NCBI GenBank assembly: GCA_964016885.1
Contig: OZ024750.1
Coordinates: 53,072,001 to 53,136,000 of the forward strand
Length of the DNA stretch: 64,000 nt
DNA from: Eledone cirrhosa
Taxonomy: Eukaryota
Direction of reading: 5' to 3'
Program-made: the position numbers and the translations under genes
Notes under the pieces: generated by a model
The model's input: only the letters and a program-made list of their open reading frames with translations
Database searches by the model: none
What the model was told of the DNA's origin: nothing
In this document: positions 24,544 to 37,459 of the stretch, in pieces
How positions within the stretch are numbered: position 1 is the first letter of the stretch
How the letters are laid out: every line of letters starts with the position of its first letter

Positions 24544-25999
24544 GTGAGTATTCTTAACTTCTTGGGTCTTCAACATTCAGTATAATGTCTCCATTACACT
24601 GTGTAACGTAGACATTAATATATTCACTAGCTCCCCCTTCCCCCATATATTCATATATTCACTAGTCCCTCCCCCTCATATTGTATTATGGCTGGAATAA
24701 TATTTGGTTTCTCCACCAAACTCTCAGAAAATTGTCAGTGGATTACAGCCCCTATGCTAGCATTGGGGTGGGGTGGGACCTCCAGATGTTAATGATATGT
24801 ACGTAAATAAGTCCGTTATTGCTCCGATCGGTCAACTAGCCCTCAGCAAACACCCTAAACTGAACGCCAACCTCTACCCATTATTCCTGCCAAGCAACCC
24901 AGACTCACCTACCAAAATTCATTAAACCCTCAAATTATCCTCTTAGATGACATGATGTCACACATCAGGAAGTTTAGTTCTCAAATATATATGTATCCAG
25001 CTTAGAATAGATACACAGTATCCCTGCATGTTGATGTTGAAAGAAGCAACTAAAATGGTGGGTGTTAGGAATGGTATCTGGCTGTAAAACACTGCCTCAA
25101 AAAGTCCTTTCCAACCCATGTCAGCATGGAAATATCAACGTGATGATGATGATATGTAATAATTAATAAAATGCCAATGGAGAGTCCACTCCACTTTAGC
25201 TGGCCTGAAAGCTTTGAACTGTATCTATACATGTATTGAGTACTATCCTGATCTGTAGTCTTTCTGGTCTCCATGCTACAAAGACATGAAAGCCTCCCCA
25301 GTGCCATGATAAAATACACTCGGTAGAGCACAGGAATGTATATGGGTAAGATGCAGGGTCTCCAACCCATCTGAGCAACCTGTAGTGTGTGGAGAGGTAT
25401 GTGTGAGAAATGGAGACCTCCAACATATCTGAGAGGTGAATGGTTCTGCTTGAGTACTGACATTGTGCATGATGACCTGCCCAATCCTTGGTAGCATGGA
25501 AAACAGATGTCACACACACAACACTTTGACAAAGTATGCATTTTAGCTTATTTTCTCCTCACCTTTTTTTTGTCTTACATTTGTGTTGCATGAATTCTAA
25601 ATATTTGTACATAACCATTGGATAAAGAAATGTATCGAATATATAGCTACAACTCCTCTTTTCCTTAAATGTTACTACTTCGGTTTAACCATTAGATATA
25701 CAAATGTGTGGAATATACCCCTCCCACCTCCTTAAGTGTTGTTACTACTCTGATGACAGGAAACTCTTGAGAACACACTCTACTTCACACTTTATATCAC
25801 CACTCTGTGCATGAGATGAGGAGATCCTCTATGCAGCTGCTTTGCCTGTTAGAAATGTCAGCCCAACTTCCCTCAAATCACACATCCCCATCTTAAATAA
25901 GTGTAGAATACTTTAGACAGAGTGGAATAGACCTCTGTCACTTTTGATGATGTGCATTCTAGTTGTTCAACCACCAGAACAATCTACTCTTGAAATTAA

Positions 26000-26212
26000 T
26001 GTGTAAGTGGCTGAGCTTTCCACAGACACATATACCCATCAGGGAAATTCAGTATGACAACAGTCCACTTAAGTTTCCATCTCCCCAGTTTCACAAGGCA
26101 TAGATTAACCCGAGGCTATGTTAAATGATACTTTCCCAAGATGTCATGCAGTAGGATTGAACCTGGGACCAAATGATTGTAAAGCAAGCTTCTTAACTAT
26201 TCAGCCATGCTG
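26000..26212 (-). mobile_element. Old tRNA-derived SINE (OR/CORE-like)
   Basis: CACAAGGC..CCCGAGGCTAT..CCCAAGATGTCATGCAGTAGGATTGAACC..AGCAAGCTTCTTAAC..CAGCCATGC. Confidence 0.7.
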
Positions 26213-26352
26213 TATTTCAACAACCTAGTCCCTCATATACAATAAGGCAGGATGGTCAAAATTGAAACTCTTTTTAACATAAGGTTTGTGGAATGAAGTC
26301 TAATGATAGTTATTGTGGAGGTCATATTTTCCTTTTCTTTTTTAACCTTTTT

Positions 26353-26722
26353 GATACTAAACTACCTGAAACCACCTCCTGGTTCTAGGATACTAAACTA
26401 CCTGAAACCACCTCCTGGTTCTAGGATACTAAACTACCTGAAACCACCTCCTGGTTCTAGGATACTAAACTACCTGAAACTACCTCCTGGTTCTAGGATA
26501 CTAAACTACCTGAAACCACCTCCTGGTTCTAGGATACTAAACTACCTGAAACTACCTCCTGGTTCTAGGATACTAAACTACCTGAAACTACCTCCTGGTT
26601 CTAGGATACTAAACTACCTGAAACTACCTCCTGGTTCTAGGATACTAAACTACCTGAAACCACCTCCTGGTTCTAGGATACTAAACTACCTGAAACCACC
26701 TCCTGGTTCTAGGATACTAAAC
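26353..26722. repeat. 36-bp minisatellite, 10 copies, inside a family-1 MITE end
   Basis: Unit GATACTAAACTACCTGAAAC(C/T)ACCTCCTGGTTCTAG, preceded by TTAACCTTTTT and followed by MITE body sequence. Confidence 0.95.
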
Positions 26723-27326
26723 TTTATTTTAAAGTGCTTATATTTATGGAAAAAAAGCCTTCCATCATAATTTTATGTAAGAACATTTAAGTTCCAAACA
26801 TTAACTAAATAATTGTTTCTACTTTTGGCACAAGGCCAGCTATTACCCCAGTGTATTATCGGTACTTTATTTTATGGACCCCCCCCCCCCGTAAAGATGA
26901 AAGGCAAAGTTAACCTCCGCGGGATTAATGAGTCAGTTAATTATATTAGATGACATACCACCTCCCTCTCCTAGCTGACCAACACCTCCCTTTCCCAGCT
27001 GACCAACACTTATTAAGTAGTAACAACCACTGACAACACCTCCTAGCTGACCTCAACTTCAACTAAAGATATCCCACCTCACCCCAAATTGTCCATGATG
27101 ACTGTCATGAGCATCACTGAAGACATCACATTCCTCCCTCAGCCCTCCTCCACTGATTTAGTGGTAAGCATCAATGAGTACATTGCTACTACTACCACTA
27201 CTACTTCTTTTTCTTCTTCTTGTTGACATAAAACCTTTCTAACTCAAATGATCCAACATTAACTACCTCAGTTCTTCACAGGATAATTGAGGAATACATA
27301 ACATCCTTCTTCAAGTTATGCCAGAC

Positions 27327-27547
27327 TTAACTCTTAACATCCTGTACCACACGAAACCACATTAGCAAGATATTCTTGAAAAATACAAAACAACACAATA
27401 ACTGCATCACATTAAACATTAAAGTCTTTACTCTATTATTATTTTTCATGATAATGTAAACATTTATAAGCAAAGGTACTATAAAAATTTGAATTAACAA
27501 GTTTTAGACATTTTCTGTTAGATCATTACAATATGTTTTAAGAGTTA
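27327..27547. mobile_element. MITE family 3, second copy
   Basis: TTAACTCTTAACATCCTGTA ... TTTTCTGTTAGATCATTACAATATGTTTTAAGAGTTA; inverse homolog of 12082-12298. Confidence 0.65.
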
Positions 27548-27770
27548 CATTTTCTTGAGTGATGAGTACTACTAAAGAAACAGCACATCTTCCTTCTACG
27601 ATTTAAACACAGCAGGAGCTGGTCAGCATTGCGAGCTAACAAATTTATTGTCAATTTCTACATGACAAAAATAAACAAATAAAATATATATACTACAAAA
27701 TAATATATTTACAAAATTATTTGATGTTAAGTAATTTCAATGAAGTCAAAAGTCATTCATTAAAAATGAT

Positions 27771-27995
27771 GGTAGCATGTGTAGAGATGTGGGCAGTATT
27801 TTAATGAGGGTAGCATTGTAGAGATGTGGGCAATATTTTAATGAGAGTAACATTGTCGAGATGTGGGCAGTATTTTAATGAGGGTAGCATTGTAGATATG
27901 TGGGCAATATTTTAATGAGGGTAGCATTGTAGAGATGTGGGCAGTATTTTAATGAGGGTAGCATAGTCGAGATGTGGGCAGTATTTTAATGAGGC
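27771..27995. repeat. 37-bp minisatellite, ~6 copies
   Basis: Unit GTAGCATTGTAGAGATGTGGGCAGTATTTTAATGAGG. Confidence 0.95.
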
Positions 27996-28979
27996 ACATT
28001 TTTGTGTGGTATCAGGTCAGAAACTGTTGACAGTGATTCCTGTTGGTGATTTCTAAAGAAAGTCTTTAAGAATTTGAGATTTGGCTAAGTTATACTTATG
28101 TAAATTAGTGACCAAAATAACTTTAAGGAAGAATCCAATGCCGGATGTGTTGCGAACAAGAAGGCTATGTATTATAATTAGTAGAAACCTATCAGCTACA
28201 AAATATGTCATTACCCAGCTACAAGAAACAAAGTGAGATAACTTTCACACATGAACTCTTTCATTAACACATTTCTAACAAAACTCTATAACTTTGAAAA
28301 TAATCAAGAATTTGGAAGGATTTAGTAATATAGCTGCTGCTACTGTACTCTGTGCCATCTTGGCATCAGTCTGCCAGTCAAGAGATTCTGTAGACAGTAT
28401 TTTGAAACATCATCTTGTGACCAGGCGAAGGATGACTATTCTAATGCTTTACTTTCTAAGTGTTGCAATGATTAACATCAGTTTGGTGTTGCTGTGTCAT
28501 CCTATACTGAAGTATTACTCACCATTGAAGTATGGCTTCTATATTACTTAGTACCTTTCCCTATTACTGTTACCTACTACTGAAGTGGTAGCCAAGTTTT
28601 CACATCTGTTATACTGAATCACTTCAAAACCTCAACAACAATAATAATGTATGCTTTATATGCTGGAAATAGCTGTACCTTCCTAGATTACATGAAACAT
28701 ATCTTAGTTTGTCTTTAAATAAAAAGATTATTATGACTAACTTCTCAACTGAAGTGGTACCTGTTGACAGGGAAGTAAACTATGGCACAGGTATTGTTTG
28801 TCTATTATCATGCTTTTGTGATGGTGTGTGGCCTAGTGGTTAAGGTGTTGGACTCAGTCATAATGTCATGGGTTTGATTCCTGATTCAGGTGGAGTGTTG
28901 TTCTTGACTAAGATGTTTCAATTTATGTTGTTATCCTCAACCAGATTAAAGAGTCCTCTTTGCCCCATGTCTTTGATCA

Positions 28980-29510
28980 CTAGCCACTTTACAGAGTGTA
29001 TTAGGTGCATATTATTGTGACACCAGCACAAAAGAGGCTGTCTTACTTCGACCAGAATTTTTTCCACTTTACATTCTCTCCATTTGGTTATTAACCACTT
29101 AACTGTATTGAGTTTAATTTAACATTGTACTAACACGATAGTAGTTGTTTTGTGCTCAGCCAGACTAAACAACCCCCTCTGCCCTTCTTTGCCTGTATTT
29201 GGTATTTGGCCACTTTACAGAGTGTACTGGGTGTATTTTCTCAACACTAGAGAAGCTGTCTTGCCCTCAGCCAGACTAAAGTCTTTATTCAATATTCTCT
29301 GTTAGACGTTTGACAACTTTACAGAGTGTACTGGGTGTATTTTCTCATGGTAACCAATACTAGAGAAGCTATCTTATCCTTAGCCAGACTGTAGTCTTCT
29401 CTCTCCAATATTCTCTCATTTTGATGTTCGACTGCTTTACAGAGTGTACTGGGTGCATGGGTGCATCTTCTCTTGGTAAGAAACATGAGAGAGGCCATCT
29501 TGTCCTCTAA
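28980..29510 (-). repeat. Old degenerate tandem array derived from a retroposon 3'UTR motif
   Basis: CTTTACAGAGTGTA(C/T)T(G/A)GGTG..AGAGA(A/G)GCT recurs at ~28987, 29213, 29317 and 29436. Confidence 0.6.
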
Positions 29511-29972
29511 AATCACCAACCATAATATTAAGAAACCAGAATATGTTATAGAGGTGGTATGTTAAAATAAAGTATCTGTTAATATGGCATGACCTCATCT
29601 TATAGATTTCCTCTCAATTTCCTTGGCTTTGGTCCATTATAGTCAATAAACTGTACACTGAGTACAATTATAGTCACATGTACATCATATTTCACAGCAG
29701 CTAAATTGGCAAAAAATATTGGTTTTAATTCTTGTTTCATAATAATAATAATAATAATAATATTGTTCTTATTATTTGTTGTTTTTATCCAGTTGTATAT
29801 TGCACCCTCATATAACATTATATAATGATATACAACATTAAATGTTTTTATCCAGTTGTATATAGTTGGGTGAGAATTGTTATCCATTGATCTCAATGTG
29901 ATTATATTACATTAAAGAACAAGGAGTAATAACTGTTTTTGTTATACTAAACCATGTAGATTTCAGATGAAC

Positions 29973-30034
29973 ATCATCATCATCACCACCATCAACACCA
30001 TTATTATGATCAACACCACCACCACCACCAGCAC

Positions 30035-30080
<46 letters not shown>
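29973..30080. repeat. (CAT/CAC)n tract; the (GAT)n tail of RTE2
   Basis: Directly abuts the RTE2 3' end. Confidence 0.9.
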
Positions 30081-32947
30081 TTCGTTTAACGTCCATTTTC
30101 CATGCTAGTTGTCCCACTTGAGGCAAGGTTGGTTGGGTGACCATGTCTCGCTCATATACGACTATCTGGCAGGTTTTCTACGGCTGGATGCCCTTCCTAA
30201 CACCAACCACATTTACAGTGCGGAACTTTTTACTGTGTTACCTACACGGCCACATTACAGCGTGGACTGTGTGTTTTTTCTCGTGACACCTTCTCGATCT
30301 CATTATCTCATTTATTTGGACTGGATGTTGTGGTACCAACTTTACAGAGAGAGGGTGGTGTTGGTGGGAGGATAGGGTAGGGGTAGTGGATTGGGGTGTA
30401 TATTTGGTTAAGAGGTGCCTACTGACTAGGTTTCGCTTTGTACATAGGCAAGGCGGGTCTTCTGTATTACAGCGTAGCGCCAAAGATCTTGGTCCAGTGA
30501 CATTGTTTTAGAGAGGTGCAAGTGTGTAAGGTCGGAATTTATCAGGTCGTCCCAGGTTTTTCTGGGTCTACCTACTCCGTAACTACCATCAATTTTGATT
30601 GCCCTGCACTTTTTTATACAGCTGTTGTCTTTCATGCGCATCACTTGGCCATACCAACGTAGTCTTCTCAAAAGTAAACAGCATCTGATCCCTCTTATTC
30701 CTAATTTCTCACTTAGTTCATTTATGCTTTGCCGTTCACGTATATTACTATTACACATCCAACGGAGCATGCATGCTTCGTTCCTTTTTAGTCTGCCCAT
30801 GTCTCACTGCCATGTAGCATGGCTGTTCGTATACAAGCATCATACAATCTGCCTTTCATTTTTAGAGAGAAACCTTTTGTGGCCAACAGTGGTATAAACT
30901 CTCTGAACTTTTTCCATCCCGTTCTGACTCTGGCTACTGTACTTTCAGAACACCCTTCACCACTGCTGATTTTGTCAGCCAAGTAACGGAAAGTATCTAC
31001 TATTCTATAGAACCATCTGGGCAATAGAAGGAGCTAGTATCCTGTGGGCACTTGCTACCTATTGCACCTGAGCATCGGCCACATATAAAGTCAACATTCT
31101 TAGATAGTTTACCTGTGATCCCACTACATCTTTTATGTACCCATACTTTGCATTTGGGACATAAAATGGAATTTCTGCCTACTCCTTTCCTACACACTGA
31201 GCATGGCCATTTCCCTGAGGGTACCTGTGCCTTATTTTCCTTTCTACATACAAACTAGGACTTTAGTCTTAGACAAGTTAACTTTAAGGCCTTTTGATTC
31301 TAGGCCATGCTTCCATGTTTGGAATTTCTTCTCCAGTTCAGCCATTGATTCAGCTATGAGCGTTAGATCATCTGCGTATAGGAGTTCCCATGGGCAACCG
31401 GTCTTGAACTCCTCTGTTATAGCCTGAAGGGCAATAATAAATAGGAGGGGGCTAAGGACAGAGCCTTGGTGAACAGCAACTTTTACACTAAATTCTTCAC
31501 AATATTCATTGTTAATTCTAACCTTGCTGACTGTTTCACTATACATAGCCTGTATAGCTCTCACAAGCCATTCATCTACACACTTAGTTTTCTAAGAGCC
31601 CACCAGATAATGGAGCGGGGCACTCTGTCAAAGGCTTTCTCCAGGTCTACAAAAGCTAAGTAGAGGGGTTTACTTTTAGCTAGGTACTTCTCTTGTAGTT
31701 GTCGTACAAAGAAAAGAGCGTCTGTGGTACTCTTACCTGACACAAACCCAAACTGCATTTCATCTAGATCAATTCGCTCTCTGATTAGTTGCGCTATAAC
31801 TCTTTCTGTGACCTTCATGACCTGGTCAACTAACTTAATGCCTCTATAGTTTCCTCTATCTAGAGCATCTCCTTTACCCTTGTAGCAGTTAATGATGATG
31901 CTGCTATGCCAGTCTGTTGGTATGATCCCGTTCCGTATTACTTGGTTAACTATACGGGTGACCATAGTATGTCCCACCATTCCAGATGCCTTCAACATCT
32001 CAGCAACTATCCCGAAGGCCCAGCTGCCTTGCCTGTCTTCATATCTTTGATTGCCTTACTTATTATACTACCTTTAACTTGCACCGCTGGTCCTTCTATT
32101 GGATCGATTTGGGGCAGACTATCTTTTTCCCACTTATTCTCCTCATTTAATAGTCTCTCGTAGTGACACTTTCAGGCTATCTTCATATCAGCATCAGTGA
32201 GGGCAAGTACACCGTTATCATTACGGACACACTTCTCCCCAACAATATCACGGTTTTCCTTGACACATTGTCTAGCAATCCTGAACACCTCACGTTTTTG
32301 GTCCTCACGTTGTAGAACATGCTTGAACTTTCTTTCCTCTGCTTCCCTTTTTGCAAGGTACACATGTCTCCTAGTTTCTCTCCTGGCCACTTGATAGTGC
32401 TCTCTACTTCCCCCATCCTGCCATACTTTCCAAGCCTGCTTTTTGGCCTTGATTGTCTCTTCTACCTTACTGTTCCACCACCAAGTTACTCTCCCCCAGC
32501 CACAGATTTCATCCGTTGCTTTCAAGAATTGCCACTGTTCCTCTATATTGCACGTCTCTAATTGCTCTTCCTTATTGTCAAAGGCAAAGTAATAAGCTTT
32601 TAAATTTGTCACTGGCTATGGAGTCCTTCAACTTCCATATTCTTCTCCTCAAGGTAGGCCTCCTCTGTTGTCGAGTACGTCTATTCCTGACTATGACGTC
32701 ACTAACTACTAGGCTATGTTGGGAGGTGCATTCTTCACAGGGGAGGGATTTAGTGTTTACAACAGACACTTTGTCCCGTCTTCTAGTAAGGATATAATCT
32801 ATCTGGCTGGCGTGTTCCCCTGATCTATAGGTGATCAAGTGGTTTTCACGTTTTTTGAAATTCGTGTTACAGATAGTTAGGTTATTGGCGTCACAGAATT
32901 CCAGGATTCTGAAGCCTTCCTCATTTCTATTTCCAACCCGATAGCTC
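30060..32947 (-). mobile_element. 5'-truncated, inactivated RTE-clade LINE (RTE2) with ~350-bp 3'UTR
   Basis: GNRNEEG.RILEFC..QIDYIL (endonuclease), WWWN, NYRGIKL, QFGF, FVDLEKAFDRVPR, HQGSVLSPLLF, LLYADDL, PHD-like Cys array, MLHGSETW, RLRWYG, GRPRKTW. Several stops and frameshifts. Confidence 0.95.
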
Positions 32948-32999
32948 TCTTCTGTAATCAGTAAAGTAATCCATGATACATTTAAAAAAGACGATATCA

Positions 33000-33070
33000 T
33001 ATCATCATCATCATCATCATCATCATCATTTCATTTTACGTCCGCTTTTTCCCTACTTGCAAGGGTGGGA
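33000..33070 (-). mobile_element. Very short 3' tail of RTE1-type LINE/SINE with (GAT)n
   Basis: Reverse complement CCCTTGCAAGTAGGGAAAAAGCGGACGTAAAATGA. Confidence 0.8.
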
Positions 33071-33544
33071 CATATATAAACTGCATTACGGTGAAATGTA
33101 ATGAAAACGAAAAAGGAGAAAATTAACGACAGAAATATAAATGTTATGATATAACAATGCAAATATATGAACGTTTATATGTGATATAATATAGCGTCTG
33201 TTATATCATAACCAGAAATATTGACATTTGAAAATTTTAAAAGAAGTGAATCTTAAAATAAGCAATCATTATATATGAGAATATTTATGTTTAATCAACA
33301 GCTACGAAATTTAGTACAGGTTTAGTACAATTTTCTACAGGTTCTATACCAAGATCAAACCCAATTTGTTGCAATTGTTTTGTAAGATTGTCTGTTACAC
33401 ATCCCAGGTCTCCTATAATTACTGGTACCAATATTACCTTATTTACTTCACCTCTCCATACTTTAAGAACTTCATATTTGAGATCATTGTAGTAGATAAA
33501 GAAAAACTATTACAATGATTATTATTAGTCATTACTGCACAAAC

Positions 33545-34510
33545 CGAAGATGTTGAAGGGCATCCCACGTGAACTAGGATGTGGGAGAACAGTGTCAGCT
33601 TATGTCGATGACTGTAGTGGTGTCGAGCCCCAAACACATCCAGGTGATTGGCACTACTCTAAGAGCAATTATTAACTAGGAAAAGTCAGTAGGTCTGCAA
33701 CTTGGCACCTGGAAAGCTATGTCCATACCTTTCAGTAGCGTCGTCAGGCTCTGGACAATAGATGGACCGGTTAAATTGCTTTGGTTTGGTCCAGACCTCC
33801 AGATGGACAAAAACTGAGATGAGATGAGGAACAGGGTGGCCTGTCTTAATCAGAAATGGGCCGAGAGAAAGCTATCCCTGAAAGGTGAGGCAGAGGTTGT
33901 GAACACGTACATTGCATCCGTCATCTAACTTCTGCCTGACTGTCGTGCCTTGTCCTAAGCCTTGACTGACTGCACTGGAGTGTTTGCTCTTTCGCTTTTT
34001 ATGCAAGGGATGTGCTCCGATGGTCAGGCGGCCCATCTGTTGTCAATGTCTGCTGCGTGGAGGGTTGGCATGGTGTGGCTGATGATGCACAGACATGCAC
34101 TGAGGCTACGACATCTCCAGAGCTTAGGCGACGATGAACCGGTGTGGTCACCTTTCGCAAGACAGTGATGGAGCGCTTGGAAACTGGAATGTCTTCAAGC
34201 ATTCACTGCCCTTTGCTAACCGGGCACTGTGATTGGTGGAAACTCAACCTTGGCATTCAATAGAGGGTTAGTGGAGGGCAAGAATGACGTCCTTGGGGGA
34301 AACTCCGGGTTTCGATGAAAGCTAACTATCTATTCTCTTTGGGAGGACTTTCAGTCCAGGGCCAATGGATAACTTCCAGAAGTCCCTGGCAGTGTTACCG
34401 GGTAGCATTGCCAGTTCAAGATAAACTTTACAGGCATGGAAGTGCCATCAGCTGGGCCTGTCCGAGATGCACCTTGGGCGATGGGACCATCTGTCATGCA
34501 CTCGTCCAAG
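33545..34510 (+). mobile_element. Older, heavily decayed Tx1/L1-clade LINE fragment (RT end to Zn knuckle)
   Basis: Colinear homolog of 35110-36165; ALPVQDKLYRHG..CPRC..HALVQ. Confidence 0.85.
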
Positions 34511-36822
34511 TTGGATGGTCTGCCCTACGAGCTTTATGCATTTATGCCAGACTTGTTCGGTGACCTCTTGGCAGACGTCCTGCAACTGACAGCAGAACGG
34601 GAGCATTCCCAGTTTTGTGAGCCGGGGAGCAGTGGCGCTGCTGAGAAAAGACCCGAACAAGGGAGATGTTATGGATAATTTCAGGCCCATAACCCTGCTA
34701 AACGCAGAGTTCAAGATTTTGGCCAAGGTGTTAGCAACGAGGTTGGCCCTTGTCATCAAGGGTCTGTTGGGAGAGGCGCAGAGACATGCACGACAACCTC
34801 CACCTCATGCGATACACCATAGAGAGGGTGGTTAAGGAACCTGGCACTGGTGGGGCCCTGATCAACTTGGATCAATCCAAAGCATTCGATAGGGTCGACC
34901 ATCGGTACCTAGCGGCGGTCCTCTAGGCAGCCGGTTTCGGGTCCGATTTCAGGGGTTGGATCGCAGCAATGTAAAGCGACATCTACTCAGTTGTGAGAGT
35001 GAACGGTCACCTGTCGCAGCCGTTCAGCATCATGCGCTCAGTCCGCCAGGGTTGTCCCCTCTCGTCCCTCTTGTACGTATTGGCTCTCGAGCCGTTACTG
35101 CACAAACCGGGGCGATGAGGGGCGTCCCACGCGAACTAGGATGCGGGAAATCCGAGTCGGCTTACGCTGACGACGTCACCGTGGTGGTGTCGAGCACCAG
35201 ACACGTCCAGATGCTCGGCACTGCTCTCAAGGAATACGGAGCAGTGACAGGAGCAAAGATAAACCAGGAAAAGTCGGTGAGCTTGCAGCTCGGCAACTGG
35301 AGAGGCAAGTCCATGCCGTCCGACAGCGTCGTGGGGCGTTGGACGGACGGACCGGTTAAATTGCTCGGGGTCTGGTTCGGACCGGACCTCCAGATGGAGA
35401 AAAACTGGAACAAGGTGACAAGCAGGGTGGCCTCCCTCACCCAGAAATGGGCTGAGAGGAAGCTGTCCCTGAAAGGCCGGGCGGAGGTGGCGAATGCGTA
35501 CATCGCATCCGTCATCTGCTACCGCCTCACCGTCGTCCCTTGCTCCAGCCCATCTCTCACCAAAATGGAGCACCTCCTCTTCCGCTTTTTGTGGAAGGGA
35601 CGCGCTCCCATGGTCAGACGATCCATCTGCTGTCAACACCCGTTGCATGGAGGACTGGGCATGCCATGGCTGATGATGCGCAAACATGCGCCGAGGCTGC
35701 GACATTTCTGGTGCTTCCTTGATGGTGAACGGGTGTGATTGCCGTTCGCCAGGCACGTTTTCCCACAGCTCGTCTCCTTGACAGAGCTGCAGTCCTGGGT
35801 CAGAAAAAGACCCGAGGGATAGCGCTTGGAAACTGGAATGTCTCCAGGCGCTCACTACCCTCTCCCAGCTGGGCACCAGTATCGGTGGAACATCCACCTC
35901 AGCGTTCTATAGAGGACTAGTCGAGGGGAAGAGCGACGACATTCTCGGAGAGATCCTGCGCATCGAAGAAGATCAGCTGTTTGCTCTCTTCCGGAGAACT
36001 TTCAGCCCGGGGCCTATGGATAACTTCCAAAAATCCCTGGCCTGGCAGTACTACCGGGGAGCGCTGCCGGTTCGAGATAAGCTCTACAGGCACGGAAGTG
36101 CCGTCAGCTGAGCCTGTCCGAGATGCGCGCAGAGCGACGAAACCGTTGTGCACGCACTCGTTCAGTGCCCGAGCATTGCTGACTTGTGGAGCTATGTCGA
36201 ACAGTTGCTGTCGCGGGTGGGATGATTCGGTGGTCGACAGTCCATTGTGCAGATGGTCTCGCCGTCTTCCTTCGAGGAAGAAGGGCAGGCGGTTTTCATC
36301 TGCCTGGTGGCCATGGCGAAAGAGATTGTGTGGTGGACAAGGTTAAAAGGGTTAAAGACACACTTTCCTCTTCGGCGAATCCCTAATTAACTTTTTCAAG
36401 TTTCACTTGAAGAGGAAAATCAGGGTGGAGAGGCAAGTGCTGCTTTCTAGCAAGTTTGTTGAAAGGTGGGTGAATGTAGCGAGAATGGTCCGAGTGAACG
36501 GGACCACTCTGAATATACGTCTATAGTTTGAGAGATGGAAAAATTGAGAGAGGGCACTTGCCCTGGTGGTCAGGGTGGCCGTGGTCTTTTGTGTGATTTT
36601 CGCCATGAGTAACCCTCGGAGGTTTCCCCCCTCTTGGGGAATTTTTCATTGTTTCAATTTTCATTTTTATTGTTTATATATATATATATGTTTCTATGTC
36701 CTTTTTTTCTTTTCTTATATAAATAATAAAAATATTTACACGCACAAAACCCACATTGTACCGTCCTGTACCGTCTGTAATGTTTTTCTTGATGTCAACC
36801 CTTGTGGCCAATAAAGAAATCA
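34511..36822 (+). mobile_element. 5'-truncated Tx1/L1-clade LINE ORF2 (pseudogenised), GC-rich
   Basis: LDGLPYE, NFRPITLLNAEFKILAKVLA, LDQSKAFDRVDH, VRQGCPLS, AYADDVTV, LGVWFG, GGLGMP, CPRC..HALVQC, F.ERW; AATAAA near 36810 followed by (ATT)n. Confidence 0.92.
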
Positions 36823-37001
36823 TTATTATTATTATTACTACTACTATTGATTGGCAGAATAGTTAAGTGTTGGGTGAAATGCTTAGCAGCACTTGTTAAG
36901 TCTTAGCATTTTGGGTTCAACTCTTGCAAATGTAAATTTTGCCTTTCATTCTTCTGCCCCCCTCCCCTGGTGGCTTTGTGCCTAAATCAGAAAACATCAC
37001 A

Positions 37002-37034
<33 letters not shown>

Positions 37035-37166
37035 GTTGCATTTATCTTGCTTTATGTTCATACGAGTTATCACCAAGTCACAACCAGTGACCTCAAGAGA
37101 CAACAAGGTCCGCCATGTTCAAGAAAGAACATACATACACACACATGCATCTTTAGGTGTTTAGAC

Positions 37167-37206
<40 letters not shown>

Positions 37207-37408
37207 CTGTTGATTTATGGTTTTATCTTGGAATTTGTCTCTGCCTTGCATAGTAAATTCGTTTTTATTCTCTTTGGTTTTTGTGTTGCATCATTTGCGG
37301 ATTCAACCTTATTATTGGAATCATGTCATTGTTGGTGTCATTAGCGTTTCAAAAAAGAAAAAAAAAATGTCCATTTATAAAACCATCACTTCCAAATTTT
37401 CTTTGTAG

Positions 37409-37459
37409 CCCAACACCCTGCTAAGGAATTATTTGGGTTGGCAGCTCTACTTTATGAAG
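37409..37459 (+). CDS. Candidate 51-bp internal exon of an unidentified host gene
   Basis: Strong acceptor ttttctttgtAG and consensus donor AAG|GTAAGT; length divisible by 3; open as PNTLLRNYLGWQLYFMK (phase 0) or QHPAKELFGLAALLYE (phase 1). Confidence 0.45.

Noticed and set aside
25745-25775. CTGATGA-cag-GAAA-CTCTTGAG hammerhead-like string
   Set aside because: No stem II, no UH after stem III and no stem I pairing; likely chance.
26303-26770. Proline-rich repeat protein
   Set aside because: Explained by the 36-bp minisatellite within a MITE.
27048-27164. Possible 117-bp exon (LTSTSTKDIPPHPKL..DLV|gtaagc)
   Set aside because: Low-complexity context with locally repeated CCTAGCTGACC, and no recognisable protein.
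35136-35897. 253-aa antisense ORF and other minus-strand ORFs over the LINEs
   Set aside because: Shadow frames of GC-rich retrotransposon coding sequence.
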